Of a stretch of 32,000 nucleotides of DNA, positions 31,935 through 32,000 are shown piece after piece. The DNA comes from Candidatus Nanosynbacter lyticus. Its GTDB lineage: Bacteria > Patescibacteriota > Saccharimonadia > Saccharimonadales > Saccharimonadaceae. The translations under genes were made by a program, and so were the position numbers. Under the pieces are notes generated by a model. It had not been told where the DNA came from, searched no databases, and worked only from the letters and a program-made list of their open reading frames with translations. Within the stretch, counting starts at the first letter, position 1, and every line of letters begins with the position of its first letter. The stretch is taken from the NCBI RefSeq assembly GCF_000803625.1, contig NZ_CP007496.1, positions 300,001 to 332,000 on the forward strand, in the 5' to 3' direction.

Positions 31935-32000
31935 TGGTGCTGGAAGTAGGACTCGAACCTACGAAGCCTTACGGCGGGAGATTTACAGTCTCCTGTGATT
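31935..32000 (-). tRNA. tRNA-Tyr (anticodon GUA), partial: the 5' end lies beyond the window
   Basis: Anticodon stem GGAGA/TCTCC with loop CTGTAAA, a long variable arm, T arm GTAGG-TTCGAGT-CCTAC, and a 3' end of TTCCAGC-A-CCA. Confidence 0.8.

Overview
The window has two parts. Positions 1-23.1 kb are a compact, mostly minus-strand housekeeping region. It carries nrnA-like, recR, ybaB, dnaB, dnaX, rplL, rplJ, rplA, rplK, nusG, secE, eno, a tsaC/yrdC-like gene, rpmG, a histidine kinase, a GT + GH57 glucan gene pair and tRNA-Trp. The gene content and style look like a reduced Saccharibacteria/CPR-type genome. That is an inference, because taxonomy cannot be confirmed without a database search.

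Positions ~23.1-31.4 kb, between rpmG and tRNA-Thr, look AT-richer by eye and are accessory. They hold a decayed SNF2-like helicase gene and a complete Type I restriction-modification locus (hsdR-hsdM-hsdS). This locus is the main result. It appears wired as an invertible shufflon: a tyrosine recombinase gene sits between two inverted hsdS genes, bracketed by two nested inverted-repeat pairs.
- The outer pair is 170 bp and identical on direct base-by-base comparison. It consists of the 3' end of hsdM and a silent inverted copy of it.
- The inner pair is 539 bp. It covers the shared TRD2 half of both hsdS genes; the encoded protein is identical throughout and the DNA matched at the segments checked.
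- The predicted outcome is four states. The hsdS that is currently expressed lacks the last ~21 aa of its distal conserved helix.

Other notable points:
- A WhiB-like regulator and a GC-rich LAxTG-anchored proline-repeat surface protein (6 apparently identical 57-bp repeats) are inserted between rplA and rplJ.
- Ribosomal protein L1 has a ~110-aa N-terminal extension.
- RecR has lost its Cys4 zinc finger.
- There is a three-gene operon of unknown function.
- A promoter-driven structured non-coding region lies at the left edge.

No CRISPR array, rRNA or transposase was seen.
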